A stretch of DNA of 64,000 nucleotides, taken from NCBI GenBank assembly GCA_963921275.4, contig OZ001293.3, forward strand, positions 4,736,001-4,800,000, read 5' to 3'. The position numbers and the translations under genes were made by a program. Numbering within the stretch: position 1 is the stretch's first letter; every line of letters starts with the position of its first letter. The DNA comes from an uncultured Hormoscilla sp. (GTDB lineage Bacteria; Cyanobacteriota; Cyanobacteriia; Cyanobacteriales; Desertifilaceae). Under the pieces are notes generated by a model that made no database searches, had not been told where the DNA came from, and saw nothing but the letters and a program-made list of their open reading frames with translations. This document shows, in pieces, positions 9,708-28,273 of this stretch.

Positions 9708-11558
9708 CTATAAAAAACCAGGGCTTTGAACCACTGGCGGGGTAACTAAACCCATTTGCACTTGCCAGAGACTAGCATAAATTCCCGACTGTGCTAATAG
9801 TTCTTCATGTCGTCCCGATTCTACTATTTTACCCCGTTCCATCACGTAAATGCGATCGGTCTTGCGGATCGTGGACAGACGATGGGCGATCGCAATCGTG
9901 GTGCGATTCTGGGTAATGCGATCGAGCGATCGCTGAATAGCTGCTTCCGTCTCATTATCCACTGCGGAAGTCGCCTCGTCTAAAATCAAGATTGGCGGAT
10001 TCTTCAACACCGCCCGAGCGATCGCGATCCGCTGCCTTTGTCCTCCCGATAACTTCTGCCCCCGCTCTCCCACTATGGTATCATAACCGTAGGGGAGTTG
10101 GACAATAAAATCATGGGCTTCCGCCACCCGTGCAGCGGCAATTATTTCTGCTTCTGTAGCATCGAAACTGCCATAGGCGATGTTCTCACTCACAGTTCCG
10201 TGGAATAAGAAGACATCCTGACTCACAAACCCGATACAACGACGTAAATCCTGTAGTTGCAGTTGTCGTAATTCTATCCCATCTAGAGTAATACTGCCAG
10301 ATTGAACTTCATAAAACCGCAACAATAGTTTGACGATGGTGCTTTTGCCCGAACCCGTGGCCCCAACGATCGCGATTGTCTTGCCAGCAGGAATCTTGAG
10401 GGAGAGATTTTCTAGAACCGGGGCGCGATCGCGATAAGCAAAAGTTACCTCCTGCAATTCCAACTCACCCCGCACTGTTGCTAGAGTCATCTCTCCAGGA
10501 TGAATCATAATTGGCGTATCCAACAAATTCATCACGCGCTTGGTAGACGCCATTGCCCGTTGATACTGATCCAAAGTATCTCCCAAACGCACCAACGGCC
10601 AAAGTAACCGCTGAGTCAGGAATACCAACACGCTGTAAGTGCCAACTGCCAGTCTTCCTGCTGCTGTTTCCATGCCGCGGTAGAGCAATATCCCCGTAAA
10701 ACCGCACAGAATTAACATTCTAATTAAAGGTATGAAAGCAGCAGATAAGGCGATCGCCCGACAATTGCTTTGGCGATAGGCTTCGCTATCTTGTGCTACC
10801 CGGGCCGCTTCATACTCCTCAGCAGTAAAGCTTTTAATCATAGTAATCCCACTCAAATTATTAGAAAGCCTGCCGTTGAGAAAACCCACCTTTTTCCGCA
10901 CGTCAGCGTAACGGGGGGCGAGACGGCGCTGAAAGGCAATCGAATTAAAAAAGATGAATGGCATCGGGACGATCGCCAACCAAGCCACCTCCGGAGCCGT
11001 AATTATGAAAGTCGCCCCCACAATGACTACTGCGGTGCAGAGCTGGAGAATTTGATTAGCTCCTACATCCAAAAAGCGCTCTAATTGATTAATATCATTA
11101 TTGAGAATCGACATCAAATCCCCCGTGCTGCGCTCTTCAAAAAATTCCAGTTCCAAATTTTGTAAATGCTTATAGCTATCCAGACGCAAATTATGCTGAA
11201 TTGTCTGGGCGAGATTCCGCCACAGACGCTGATAAATATATTGACAAGTCGATTCCAATCCCCAGACGATCGCCGACAGTAGGGAAATTACCAAAAGTTG
11301 TCCGAAGATATCCGTGACTCCCAACTTCGTGGCAATTAGAGAATCTTTTCTCTTGACTACCACATCCACTGCTGCGCCAATTAAAGCGGGAGGCGCCAAG
11401 TCGAATATTTTGTTCAAGATCGAACAGGCGATCGCCTGCCATACTTCGAGCCGATAATTCTGTCTGTAGTCCAGCAAGCGTTTCAGGGGATGCACCCGCG
11501 TTTTCCCGGTATCTAACCGACCCTGGGTAGTTTTTGCCTTTGTCACTTTATTCCTCAT
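9708..11558 (-). CDS. ABC exporter, fused permease and ATPase
   Basis: [26 protein letters not shown]-terminal TM domain. Confidence 0.95.
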   Translation of the reverse strand: MRNKVTKAKTTQGRLDTGKTRVHPLKRLLDYRQNYRLEVWQAIACSILNKIFDLAPPALIGAAVDVVVKRKDSLIATKLGVTDIFGQLLVISLLSAIVWGLESTCQYIYQRLWRNLAQTIQHNLRLDSYKHLQNLELEFFEERSTGDLMSILNNDINQLERFLDVGANQILQLCTAVVIVGATFIITAPEVAWLAIVPMPFIFFNSIAFQRRLAPRYADVRKKVGFLNGRLSNNLSGITMIKSFTAEEYEAARVAQDSEAYRQSNCRAIALSAAFIPLIRMLILCGFTGILLYRGMETAAGRLAVGTYSVLVFLTQRLLWPLVRLGDTLDQYQRAMASTKRVMNLLDTPIMIHPGEMTLATVRGELELQEVTFAYRDRAPVLENLSLKIPAGKTIAIVGATGSGKSTIVKLLLRFYEVQSGSITLDGIELRQLQLQDLRRCIGFVSQDVFLFHGTVSENIAYGSFDATEAEIIAAARVAEAHDFIVQLPYGYDTIVGERGQKLSGGQRQRIAIARAVLKNPPILILDEATSAVDNETEAAIQRSLDRITQNRTTIAIAHRLSTIRKTDRIYVMERGKIVESGRHEELLAQSGIYASLWQVQMGLVTPPVVQSPGFL

Positions 11559-11765
11559 TTACAACTGACTCTGCTTGATTATATAACATTCCTTGCCGAT
11601 TTTTACCATCAAAATGAAAAAACGATCTGGTCCGGCTACAGCAGGGCGATCGCATTTATAGTAATTCCGTGCAAGTACTTATTGTATATTAACATAGAAT
11701 AAGCAATAATTAAGTTAAGATGATTGTTGTGATCGCCTCTGAGGAGGCAAAAATAGTAATAATCT

Positions 11766-11984
11766 ATGACTCAGCAACCACCACCTGATATGGAAAAAAT
11801 CAAGCAAAGGGCAGCTAAAGTGCAAGAAATCTGCAAAAGAGCTGATGCGGAGATTTTAATTTTAGACGATCTGATTGCCCAGTTAGAGGAAAAGATTCGT
11901 GCTTCTCCTCTATACCGTTACCGACTGCATAAGGCAAAGCGTTTGCTCTTTATTGAGTCCGATCCGTTTGGAGGTGACCCTTGA
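11766..11984 (+). CDS. Hypothetical helical protein
   Basis: GAGGAGG upstream; similar to the broken ORF at 12388. Confidence 0.55.
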   Translation: MTQQPPPDMEKIKQRAAKVQEICKRADAEILILDDLIAQLEEKIRASPLYRYRLHKAKRLLFIESDPFGGDP

Positions 11985-12046
11985 AAGGAACTACCGATCG
12001 TAGTATTCTGTGTGGTTATAGGAGAGTACAGCTCTAATGGGAAAGT

Positions 12047-12391
12047 ATGGCAAAATTACCTACTCAAACTCTAATCACTATTTTCGACTTACAGCGACGG
12101 CTGATAGAACTCATTGATGAGGCAAAAGCAGCGGAGTTAAACCTGTTTGAGCGGTTTGGCGAGACAGAGGAAACTCTTGAGGAACTAGAACAACTGCAAA
12201 ATAGTACAGAACGACTCAGAAATCCTTACTCTCGTCTGTACTCGCTGGCGCTGACAATTGCTGAGGCTCAACCGACAGATCCATCTGCTATGCTAAACTT
12301 ACTGGCTGAAACTCTCGAACAAGGACCAGCGATAGCTGATGCTGTAGAAGCTAGTATTCTAGAAATTAAAAGGACTTGGAATCTGCCATGA
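12047..12391 (+). CDS. Hypothetical helical-bundle protein
   Basis: 114-aa ORF, overlapping the next start (ATGA). Confidence 0.65.
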   Translation: MAKLPTQTLITIFDLQRRLIELIDEAKAAELNLFERFGETEETLEELEQLQNSTERLRNPYSRLYSLALTIAEAQPTDPSAMLNLLAETLEQGPAIADAVEASILEIKRTWNLP

Positions 12392-12597
12392 ACAACAAAC
12401 AGAGAATTCCTGATGCCCAGACGAGAGCCAAAAATGTCGCTCGAATGCGCGAAGCTATTCGACAAATTGATGCTTTTACTTATCAACTAGATGAGTAAAT
12501 TGCGATGGTGGAAGAACATAATCGTCGCAGTCCTTTGACAGCTTACCGCTTGGGCAAGTTGAAGGGACCAGCAACTCAGAATAATACCCAGAAATGA
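12388..12597 (+). pseudogene. Broken paralog of 11766-11984
   Basis: ...QLDE*IAMVEEHNRRSPLTAYRL versus LDDLIAQLEEKIRASPLYRYRL. Confidence 0.55.
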
Positions 12598-12755
12598 TAC
12601 GTGCGATCGCGCTTTCTCACTCTCACCCGTTTCCTGGCGAGGGAGCATCTAAATGTAATAATTAAGAAACCAGGTTTTGACAAAAAACCTGGTCTTGGCT
12701 TCTGGGCTACTAGCGTGAGAGTGATAAGATAGTAAGAGATAGTAGAAGTGGAGTA

Positions 12756-13118
12756 GTGATCGTGAACAAATCTCCAGAAGAGTACATCCAGTCAATGCGA
12801 ACAGCATTGGGACGGGGCGACCTGAAAACAGCACAAGAACTGGCGGCGTCGGCGGTAAAAATTTACCCTGACGCTGCTGACATCCAGCAATGTGCTTACG
12901 TCCTCGCCCCTACCAAGGTGACCAGCAGTCCCAGCACCTCAGAACAACGTAAAATGATTCAAGCTAATCACGAGTGGCTCCAGAAAAACAGGGAGAAATA
13001 TCGGCATTGATGGGTGGCAGTGCGATCGGGTAAATTATTGGCGGATGCCAGTTCCCTAGACGAGTTAGCCGACCAGTTAGAGGATACAAAGGGTGTATTA
13101 TTAACGGTGCTTTATTAA
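12756..13118 (+). pseudogene. DUF5678-like protein with internal TGA
   Basis: WLQKNREKYRH*WVAVRSGKLLA continues in frame. Confidence 0.6.
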
Positions 13119-13402
13119 TGCTACTACAATTTCCAAATGGAGAACCTTTTGCCACTGGGGCGATTGGTTATGAATATCGTCCCGTAACTGAGAATGAAAC
13201 AACAAATCGACTCTTACTGCAAGTCGATGTAGAAAATGTGCTTGCAGAAGCTGTGGTGGATACTGGAGCACCATATTCGATCATAGCGCCCCGAATTGCT
13301 GAGGATATATTCATGTTTCCATTCCCATGCTTGCGACATATATATCTACCAAATATCTGTAACTCCTTATCCTATCCCAACCGCCTCAGAAATAGAAGTT
13401 AA
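13118..13402 (+). pseudogene. Truncated retropepsin-like (clan AA) aspartic protease
   Basis: AVVDTGAPYSII motif, then loss of similarity. Confidence 0.6.
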
Positions 13403-14518
13403 CCCCCTTTCATCTAACTTTTGCAGCAACCCCGTCAAAATTCGCCGCACCATCAGCGGACCTTCATAGACAAAACCAGTGTATACTTGCACCAGACTCG
13501 CACCAGCGGTAATCTTTTCCCAAGCATCGGACGCCGTGAAAATGCCACCCACCCCAATAATCGGCAATTGCCCTTGAGTTTCCTGCCAAATAAACCGTAT
13601 CACCTCAGTCGATCGCGCGCGTAAAGGTGCGCCGCTGATACCTCCGGCCTCAGAAGCGATCGGTTTTCCCGTTCTCGGCAGCACCTGGGTTTTCAGTCCA
13701 TCTCTGCTAATAGTAGTATTAGTAGCAATAATTCCCGCCAGTCTATAGGTAGTGGCCAAAGCAACCACCTCTGCGATCGCCCCCCAGTCCAAGTCCGGGG
13801 AAATCTTCACCAAAATCGGCTTGTGGTTTTTGTTTTCCTGCTCTATAGCCTCTAGAATCAGACTAAGTTGGGTGGCATCTTGGAGCCTCCGCAGATCGGG
13901 AGTATTGGGAGAGGAGACATTAACGACAAAATAGTCTCCCCATGGCTCTAGCTGGCGAAAACTTCCTAGATAGTCCGTCGCAGCCGACTCCAACGGTGTT
14001 ACCTTAGACTTACCAACATTAATTCCAATGGGAATCGTGGGGTGCATCTGGTGCTGCGCAAACCTAGCTGCCATCACCGCTGCCCCGTTGTTATTGAATC
14101 CCATGCGATTCAGGGCAGCGCGGTCGGCATCCAAGGAAAACAACCGGGGACGAGGGTTGCCCGGTTGGGCATGCAGAGTCACAGTGCCAATTTCAGCAAA
14201 ACCAAAGCCCAGTGCATCCCAAATCCCCACAGCAACGCCATCTTTATCGAAGCCTGCTGCTAGACCCACGGGGTTGCTAAAGGATAACCCCCACAGGGTT
14301 TGTTCTAAGCGCGGATCCTGCAATGCCAGGGATTGCTGTAATTGGGCCTTGATCGGCGGTCCCCCCCTTACAGGAAGGGGGGTTAGGAGAGATCTCTGAG
14401 GGTCTTTACTGAGGCGCGCGAGCCAACTCAAACAGCCCAGTGTTTGTCGGTGCATCCATTCTGGCTCGATTTTTAGTCGGGAAAGTAAAATTGTCCGGAT
14501 TGCTTGATAAATCCCCAT
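13367..14518 (-). CDS. pyrD: Quinone-dependent dihydroorotate dehydrogenase
   Basis: [34 protein letters not shown]. Confidence 0.95.
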   Translation of the reverse strand: MGIYQAIRTILLSRLKIEPEWMHRQTLGCLSWLARLSKDPQRSLLTPLPVRGGPPIKAQLQQSLALQDPRLEQTLWGLSFSNPVGLAAGFDKDGVAVGIWDALGFGFAEIGTVTLHAQPGNPRPRLFSLDADRAALNRMGFNNNGAAVMAARFAQHQMHPTIPIGINVGKSKVTPLESAATDYLGSFRQLEPWGDYFVVNVSSPNTPDLRRLQDATQLSLILEAIEQENKNHKPILVKISPDLDWGAIAEVVALATTYRLAGIIATNTTISRDGLKTQVLPRTGKPIASEAGGISGAPLRARSTEVIRFIWQETQGQLPIIGVGGIFTASDAWEKITAGASLVQVYTGFVYEGPLMVRRILTGLLQKLDERGLTSISEAVGIG

Positions 14519-14614
14519 AAATAGAGTAATGGATTACTTGTTTAACTGTTCCCGTTCGCGTAGCGCAGCCTGTGGCTGCACGCTGCGCTATAGCCATTTA
14601 ATATCATTAGACAT

Positions 14615-14862
14615 TCTACAGTTGTCGTACAAAAGCTCTTTTTGTAATACAATAGAGATGACAATTTGTCGTGCGGAATGTGGGTGATAATATTGAAGCG
14701 ATCTCAACCGGAGCAGGTCGAGTCGCTTTGGCCATTCAGTCTACAGTTGTCGTACAAAAGCTCTTTTTGTAATACAATAGAGATGACAATTTGTCGTGCG
14801 GAATGTGGGTGATAATATTGAAGCGATCTCAATAGGAGCAGGTCTAGTCGCTTTGGCCATTC
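14615..14862. repeat. 125-bp direct tandem duplication upstream of a DUF4347 remnant
   Basis: TCTACAGTTGTCGTACAAAAGC... at 14615 and 14740. Confidence 0.85.
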
Positions 14863-14913
14863 CTGCCAGCGGGGCCGGGACTCATCAAGCAATTTTATCT
14901 CTGGAGCCAAAAA

Positions 14914-15330
14914 ATGAAACCTCAAACTAACGAAATAGTAGTAGACGCCTCCTGAGAAAACTACCAGCAGCTAATAGAGGGCATCCGGCCCGGGGCCAAG
15001 ACCTTCATCTTAGACCCGAAGTCCGACGGCATCCGGCAGCTCGGCGAAATCTGCCAACAGCATCGGGAAGCCGAGGTTCTGCACCTGCTCTCCCACGGCA
15101 GTCCTGGCTGTCTGTATCTGGGGAACTCCCAACTGAATTTAGATACCCTAGGGGATTACGCCCCAACACTGCAAGAGTGGAAGGTAAAGAAAATCCTGCT
15201 CTATGGCTGTAATGTAGCAGCAGGAGATGGGGGAGAGGAGTTAATAACCAAGCTGCAGGCCCTGACCGGGGCAGACATTGCTGCCTCCTACCCGGACGGG
15301 GGCGGCGGCCCGGGGAGGAGATTGGGAGTT
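14914..15330 (+). pseudogene. DUF4347 domain remnant; intron-free homolog of the site at 49387/50259
   Basis: VVDAS*ENYQQL...LHLLSHGSPGCLYLGNSQL...LLYGCNVAAG. Confidence 0.75.
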
Positions 15331-15446
15331 CTCTCGCAACAATCCCTGACCTCTTTGGAATGCTTGATAGTACATTACCATAGAACCAATGGTAATTGCA
15401 CCCTGAAAAGTTTGGTAGGCGATGAAGCCAAAGGCTGCGAATATGG

Positions 15447-16207
15447 CTATGGTGGCACTGGACGGCGGGCCAGGGTGAGTCTCTCTTGGCGTATTTGCTG
15501 GCGCAGCAAGCGAAAACGTTCTTGAAATAACTCACCTAGCTTGAACAGCCTGATTTCCTTGGCGTGGGCAATATTTGTTAGTAAACTACTGAAATAATGG
15601 GCGTATCTTTTTGTCCAGCCATTTGCTGTAATTTTGATGCGCATACTTGATGCGAAAAATACTGGCAACACCGCTAGCAACAAAATTGCTGCTATTATCC
15701 AATGTAGGGACAGCAGTAAAAGGGCGATCGCCCCCAGACGGCACCCGCACTGAATTAATTTATTGAAAATGGTCGTGGGACGATAGGGCGCTTCTGCTTG
15801 GGCCTGATGCAGGGCATCGTAATATTGGGCATTTTCATAATCTTCTAGATCTACCTCAATGGATTTAGCATGGAGGAGGTTTTGTACGTAGTCCGTGACT
15901 AACTGAAACTGGGCTTGGGTTACCAACCCGGTCAGGGAACGACAGATATCTGTAACTATGCCTATAATACCAGCTAGGATAATTAATAGCACAACTTGCC
16001 CAAAGCTATTTCCGGCACTGCCTCTGGTCACCGCGTCGATCGTAAGTTTGGTCAGATAAAGGGAAAGCAGGGGCAAAACTGCTTGACAACACACTAAAAA
16101 TCTGCTAGCAATAGTCCAGCCAGGGGTACTTTTTAGACTAATTGGATAGATCTGCGCAGGTACAGAAAACGGCGAATTTTTTGGCGGGCGCGACGCCAGG
16201 AGGGCAT
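15447..16207 (-). pseudogene. ABC transporter permease N-terminal fragment
   Basis: TM helices and HAKEIRLF motif; no ATPase domain; broken 5' part. Confidence 0.7.
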
Positions 16208-16493
16208 ATTTTTTGTCTGGTTAGTCTCATGGCCTCATGGCCCGCCTTCGGTGTCTTGTGGGAGCGCTAGTCGCACTACCCACGAGACACCGAGGGTTCA
16301 AACCCCCGCGTTACCAGGCGGGAGCCAGGTAACGAGGCTCAAGTCGGTTGAAACCGACTAATAGCATAATACCAATTTATTTGGCGTTCTGATAGAGAAA
16401 AAACGGCAACTCTCTCGTTCCCAGGAGGATCTGGGTCAGCCAACTCAAATCTCTGCTGGTTATGGTAATAGCCGCGCCTTAATTTATCAGGTA

Positions 16494-16781
16494 GTGCCCA
16501 GTAACATTATTTTACGCTACTATGTAGACCTCAATTCTCAACAAGTGTGTCGAGCTGAGGTATTCTTTCCCCAATCTGTAGACCGACTAATGATGCGCAC
16601 GACTGTCAATGGCATGCTGCTTGGCAGTGGCGCACTTAGCAAGATTCCCAGGGAACTCAAAAAAGTGCGTCAGGGTAAGTCCGATTCCCACGAGTTTACA
16701 CACAAAAACTTAAAAGGCGTCATCCAGAGAATAGATGGCGATCGCATTTACTTCGCTGTCTGGGATGCTAAATTCAAGTAA
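16494..16781 (+). CDS. Hypothetical protein, probably a C-terminal fragment
   Basis: ORF ending LKGVIQRIDGDRIYFAVWDAKFK. Confidence 0.45.
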   Translation: MPSNIILRYYVDLNSQQVCRAEVFFPQSVDRLMMRTTVNGMLLGSGALSKIPRELKKVRQGKSDSHEFTHKNLKGVIQRIDGDRIYFAVWDAKFK

Positions 16782-16829
16782 ATTGTTCGAGTAAATTGTT
16801 CGTAGTAAGGACTTTAGTCCTTGCGATCG

Positions 16830-17060
16830 GAAAGCACTAAGAAACTTCCAAACACCTCATACCTGACAACCCACCTCTGCGCTAGCGAGAACGGACCCAT
16901 GGAGACAACCAGGGGACCCGCGAAGCATCCAGCGGAGACACAGAGAACCGTAGTGCGATACATCGGTACATTTTTGCCTTCCTCAACCTGTCTGACTGGT
17001 AACCCTGCTTGCACCATGGCCGCCTCGAAGGTAAACGAGCAGCCGATTAACTGGAAAAGC
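16830..17060 (-). pseudogene. DUF1445 (putative hydro-lyase / D-glutamate cyclase-like) fragment
   Basis: [28 protein letters not shown]...FAGPLVVSM. Confidence 0.65.
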
Positions 17061-17149
17061 GCGTGCTATTCGCTGAGACTTGACCACTGCGTTGATCGTC
17101 GTAACCAGTTCACCGCCTGCGCTCACGCCCCTTAACAATAGAGATATTT

Positions 17150-17436
17150 TATCCGGGAATAACTGAGTCACTCCCTGGAGTGACTCAGTTATTCCCGGGA
17201 AAACTCAGTCATTTCCAAAGGTAACTATTCATTTCTAGGAGTAACTAAATCATTCCACCGAGTACGAAAGTCATTCGGTGGCGTCACAACCTTTTGCTTT
17301 GGCGTGAGACAAGATTACCGAAGGGCAGTTGAGTAACTCCAAGGCCAGAGTAAGCACCTCCAAGGCCGGAGTAAGCACTTCCAAGGCCGGAGTAAGCGCC
17401 TCCAAGGCCGGAGTAAGCACCTCCAAAGCCGGAGTA
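17150..17436. repeat. Two adjacent 21-bp-period arrays (degenerate 17150-17280; conserved 17337-17436)
   Basis: Units like GGAGTAACTCAGTCATT and CTCCAAGGCCGGAGTAAGCAC. Confidence 0.8.
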
Positions 17437-17754
17437 AAATCGGGGGTGTGGTCTTGCGCCCGTTGGTAAGTAGTTCGTAGTTCAACCTTGCGGGCTATAT
17501 TACATGCATCATCGATGCACCCGGCTATCAACTATTTGTGACCGCACCCTTCTGAGGGCCCAAAACGTCGCCTGTTACTACTTATCACCTGTGGCGAACT
17601 TGCTGTTCCCAATGAGGAACCAAAAAATGAAGTATAATTAATTCTTTCCCTAACAAAGCAGGAAATACTACTATAGATAGCTAAAAGCTAGCTTCCCTCA
17701 AGGTCGCCAGTGACCAACCCCTAAAAAAGTTTATCTCTTACATCAGGAGATCTT

Positions 17755-18351
17755 ATGGCTGAATTTAACGTCAACACACCAGCACAACTATCCCAAGCCA
17801 TTACCACTTCCGCGAATAACGGTGAGGCAGATACCATTAACATCACGGGAGATATTACCCTGACAGGGTTGCTACCCCTTATTGAAGAGGACGTAGAACT
17901 GCGAATTAACAGTTCTTTGGACTTTGAGACCCGATCGAGTTACAGCATCCGCGTCCAAACTACCGACTCTGCTAATAACGCTTTGGAGGAGGTCTTGACT
18001 ATTAATGTCATTGATGAAGCATTGAACTCCTCTCCTACCGATATAGTCCTTAGCAACAGCAGCATCAACGAAAACTCCCCATTGGGTGCAGTCGTGGGGA
18101 CTTTCTCTACTACTGACCCCGACGTTTCCGATAGCTTTACTTACCAGTTAGTCTCCGGTAACAACGCCTTCACCATAGTAGGGGACCAACTGCTAACTAA
18201 CAGTTCTTTGGACTTTGAGACTCAGTCGAGTTACAGGATATTCGTCCAGACTACCGACTTGACTGGGGCCAGTTACTCGGAGGTCTTGATTATTAACGTC
18301 AATGATGAAGCATTGAATTCCTCTCCTACCGACCTCGAACTCAGCAGTTGA
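17755..18351 (+). pseudogene. Truncated cadherin-repeat surface protein
   Basis: SSPTDIVLSNSSINENSPLGAVVGTFSTTDPD...LDFETQSSY; ends at the start of a new repeat. Confidence 0.7.
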
Positions 18352-18690
18352 CGCCAGAACCGCGTTTTTTACTGTCGCCTATCCCGGCGAGTAAGGCACC
18401 CGAGGTCGTAAAGCAATATGAAGACCGCGCGCAGAGATGGATCGATGATTGGCTGTCACTGTTATCAGATAAACTTAAGTCGGGGTTTATGGCATCGGAT
18501 ATTACTCACTTCCTTCCCTATCGAGAGGCGATCGCCACCTCGGAGCGAATAGAGTGTGATCGCTCAATTTGGGAAGATTTCGAGCAAGTTGCCGAGTGGA
18601 TCGAAAGATTATTGCCAATGGGGACAGCAGACTAAGGCGCGATCGCTCAAGGAGAGGCATAATGTTGATAGTCAGCAGATGAGGTAATCT

Positions 18691-19328
18691 ATGAGCAACG
18701 TTCAAACCCAATTACCGACAGATGCATGGGTAACAGCTACTTGGGATGAGTACATCCAAACTGTTCGGCAACAAGAAGGAGCTAAATGCTATTATGACAA
18801 CGGACAACTAAGAATTGAAATGGCACCCCAAGGTTACGATCGCTCCTACGATCGCTTCTCGATCGGGTATGCTGTGGCTTTATTTTGTGGTATCAAAGCC
18901 ATTCTCCTGGTGGGAGTCACTAACTGCACTTTCCGGAAAATTAGCGAGGGAGAAGCGCAACCGAATCTTGCCTTCTACATCGGTGAAAATGCCGAAACTA
19001 TTCCCCCGATACAACTATTGTCGATCTAGATGTTTATCCGCCTCCCGATCTAGCAATTGAAATTGCCAAAACGTCTTTTGCTGATGATATTGGCAGCAAA
19101 CGCATGCTCTACGAACAGCTAAACTTTACTGAATATTGGGTGGTAAATGTAGCTGATGCTCGACTGATTGCTTTTGCGATCGCATCTGGTGGGAGTAGGG
19201 CGATCGCCCGCTCGCAAGTTTTACCTCCATTACCCTTTAGCTTACTCTCGTTGCGGCGGTGTCGGACAACGGGTCGCAGTCAAATCTATGCTTAGTTAAT
19301 TGCCCAAATTCAAAATCTTGATGATTGA
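18691..19328 (+). pseudogene. Uma2-family (DUF820) endonuclease, frameshifted
   Basis: TWDEYIQ...YYDNGQLRIEMAP; PPDLAIEIA; EYWVVNV in separate frames. Confidence 0.8.
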
Positions 19329-19449
19329 AAGATTAAGCTTTTAGGTGGAAGGTGGGCGGTGCCCACCCTACTCAAATAATAGAGTCCGATCGGGAAATTT
19401 GGCAAGATTTAGAGCCAGTTGCTGAGTTGAAGATGGTATATAGCTAATC

Positions 19450-19818
19450 CTGAACAATGGACAAAGTCAATATTCCTTTTGGTTCATTAACTACTAGCTG
19501 CATCATCTTCAAAAACTTTCGTCCCAACAATATGTAGGGGATATTTTCCCCTACATGAACAGCTATTGTTAACTCATAACTGTCAATAATAACCCTCCCT
19601 GCATATATCAAAATACTTGGTTCCCTGTACCGAAATCATTTCTACTTGCGATGCAAGTTTAGACCATCCCAATACCTCTACATCTTGAGAATCAATAGCT
19701 AGCCATCCTGTAGTAAATCCTGTATCCAAAAGTCCCTCTACTGTGAACCGTTCGCCCGCTAAATCCACCAATTACAGTTCAAAAATTAGCTCCCCATTAT
19801 CGCCAAACTTCCCATCAA

Positions 19819-19822
<4 letters not shown>
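19450..19822 (-). pseudogene. Clan AA aspartic protease, broken
   Basis: MIDGKFGDNGELIFELELV...GLLDTGFTTGWLAI; overlaps the stop of the upstream gene. Confidence 0.65.
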
Positions 19823-26663
<6,841 letters not shown>

Positions 26664-26915
26664 ATCGATTGACAATTAAACTACTACCCTATTATAGCAA
26701 GCCGGAGAGCCTTTGTGTAAAAGGAGCCCGATCGATCGGATGTGTTTATTAGATGGTGGCGTTCTTGGCTCTCAACTGGCGCAGAGTTGAGCGATCGCGA
26801 ATTTTCTTCGTTATAGTGGAGGTAAACATCGTGGGTTTTTCCCTTATATTAGCATCAATCACGATCGGGACATTTCTTAATATTTCGAGGAAGTTGCTAA
26901 ATGTCTCGATCGCAC

Positions 26916-27227
26916 TTAACGACAAGTTAAAGTATGAGTAATATTTCCACCCAAGCGAAAACGCCCATACAGAACTAAATTACCCCCTGCAACTCTGGCA
27001 CCATCAAATCTAGTAGATATTTTACCGTCCTTGTTGAGAAAAACGATGTCACCGCCATTTATTTCCCATGAATGCTCATTTGGGTTATTATAACCAACTA
27101 ATTCACCATCCTTTGCCAGATCGATATTTCTTGCTATTACAGAACCATCATCACGACCAAAATCCCAAGAACAAGCTCTCGCTATCTCCCGCATTCCCGC
27201 TTGAGCCGACATTTGCCAAAATACCAT
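26916..27227 (-). CDS. Hypothetical beta-rich protein or fragment
   Basis: WDFGRDDGSVIARNIDLAKDGELVGYNNPNEHSWEI. Confidence 0.45.
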   Translation of the reverse strand: MVFWQMSAQAGMREIARACSWDFGRDDGSVIARNIDLAKDGELVGYNNPNEHSWEINGGDIVFLNKDGKISTRFDGARVAGGNLVLYGRFRLGGNITHTLTCR

Positions 27228-27418
27228 CGCCCAAGGTCTAGAGGCTCTGCCTCTAGAACTCGTTCCCAGGCGGAGCCTAGGAACGAGGGGAAATCCTTAT
27301 CTAGACAAGGCATACAGTGGGTTCTAACCCACTTAAGCTATTAGCCGTGGGTTTTAACCCACGGCCGGCCATGAGGCTAATCGAATCTTAACGCTTGATA
27401 TCGGCTATCTGACGTTGT

Positions 27419-27760
27419 TTAGTACCGTCTGATGTTGCTGTTCGGCTTATGAACGATAAAGCTGAGCACCTGGCACTGCTTAATGTTGTCAAACCCCATG
27501 ACGCGGATAAAGCAATCGCGGTAATCAGTACGACAAGCATCAATTTCTGCCATCACTTCATTGACAGTTTTCGCATGGAACAGGGGCAATTTCCACATGG
27601 TCCAGTAGTGCATTTCTGGTGCAGAGCTTTCGCTGAATTCCACACCAGCGATGTAACCTTGATCCAGAATGTACTGGATTTGATTTTTCATCTGCGCGTC
27701 TGACAGCGGTGGCAGATAGGAAAGTGTTTCGTAACGACGTTCTTTGGCAAGAGTTTGCAT
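27419..27760 (-). CDS. rbcS: RuBisCO small subunit
   Basis: [24 protein letters not shown]. Confidence 0.98.
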   Translation of the reverse strand: MQTLAKERRYETLSYLPPLSDAQMKNQIQYILDQGYIAGVEFSESSAPEMHYWTMWKLPLFHAKTVNEVMAEIDACRTDYRDCFIRVMGFDNIKQCQVLSFIVHKPNSNIRRY

Positions 27761-27802
27761 GATTTGCGTTCTGATTGTTGTAGGACGTTCTAATTATATT
27801 AA

Positions 27803-28204
27803 CTAACCCGATTCATTATCCGGGTCAGCTTCCTGTTCTGGATAAGAGCTGAGATCGGATATATTCAGTTGCGTAATCCGCTCCAGATACTGACGGCGGT
27901 GTCCCATATTTGCCTGTTGAATACCCGATCGCACCATTTCTGGTAAATACTCGGTCACCTCTTCGGCCAGATGTTGCCGCACCGTCATGATTCGGAACGC
28001 CAGTTCCTGGTGGTTGCTCGTGAGTAACTCTTCCAAGTAAGCTTCTCCATCCTGAATTTTTCCAGTTGTCGAAAAGCCATTTAGCCAAATTGCTAGACCT
28101 GGATTTGTTTCTCTCAACTGGCTGACCACAATGCGCACTGCTTGATAGGTCAAGTAACTAGCTAGCACTCGCGTCGTGTCTTTCGCAACTTGTTTAATAT
28201 CCAT
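27803..28204 (-). CDS. rbcX: RuBisCO assembly chaperone RbcX
   Basis: SYLTYQAVR, LAFRIMTVR; lies between rbcL and rbcS. Confidence 0.97.
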   Translation of the reverse strand: MDIKQVAKDTTRVLASYLTYQAVRIVVSQLRETNPGLAIWLNGFSTTGKIQDGEAYLEELLTSNHQELAFRIMTVRQHLAEEVTEYLPEMVRSGIQQANMGHRRQYLERITQLNISDLSSYPEQEADPDNESG

Positions 28205-28273
28205 GTAACCTCAGTCTCTTAACCGATGCTGTAGGGCGGGCCGATCGCCTGCCCCGGTACCGTTCTGACTCTA

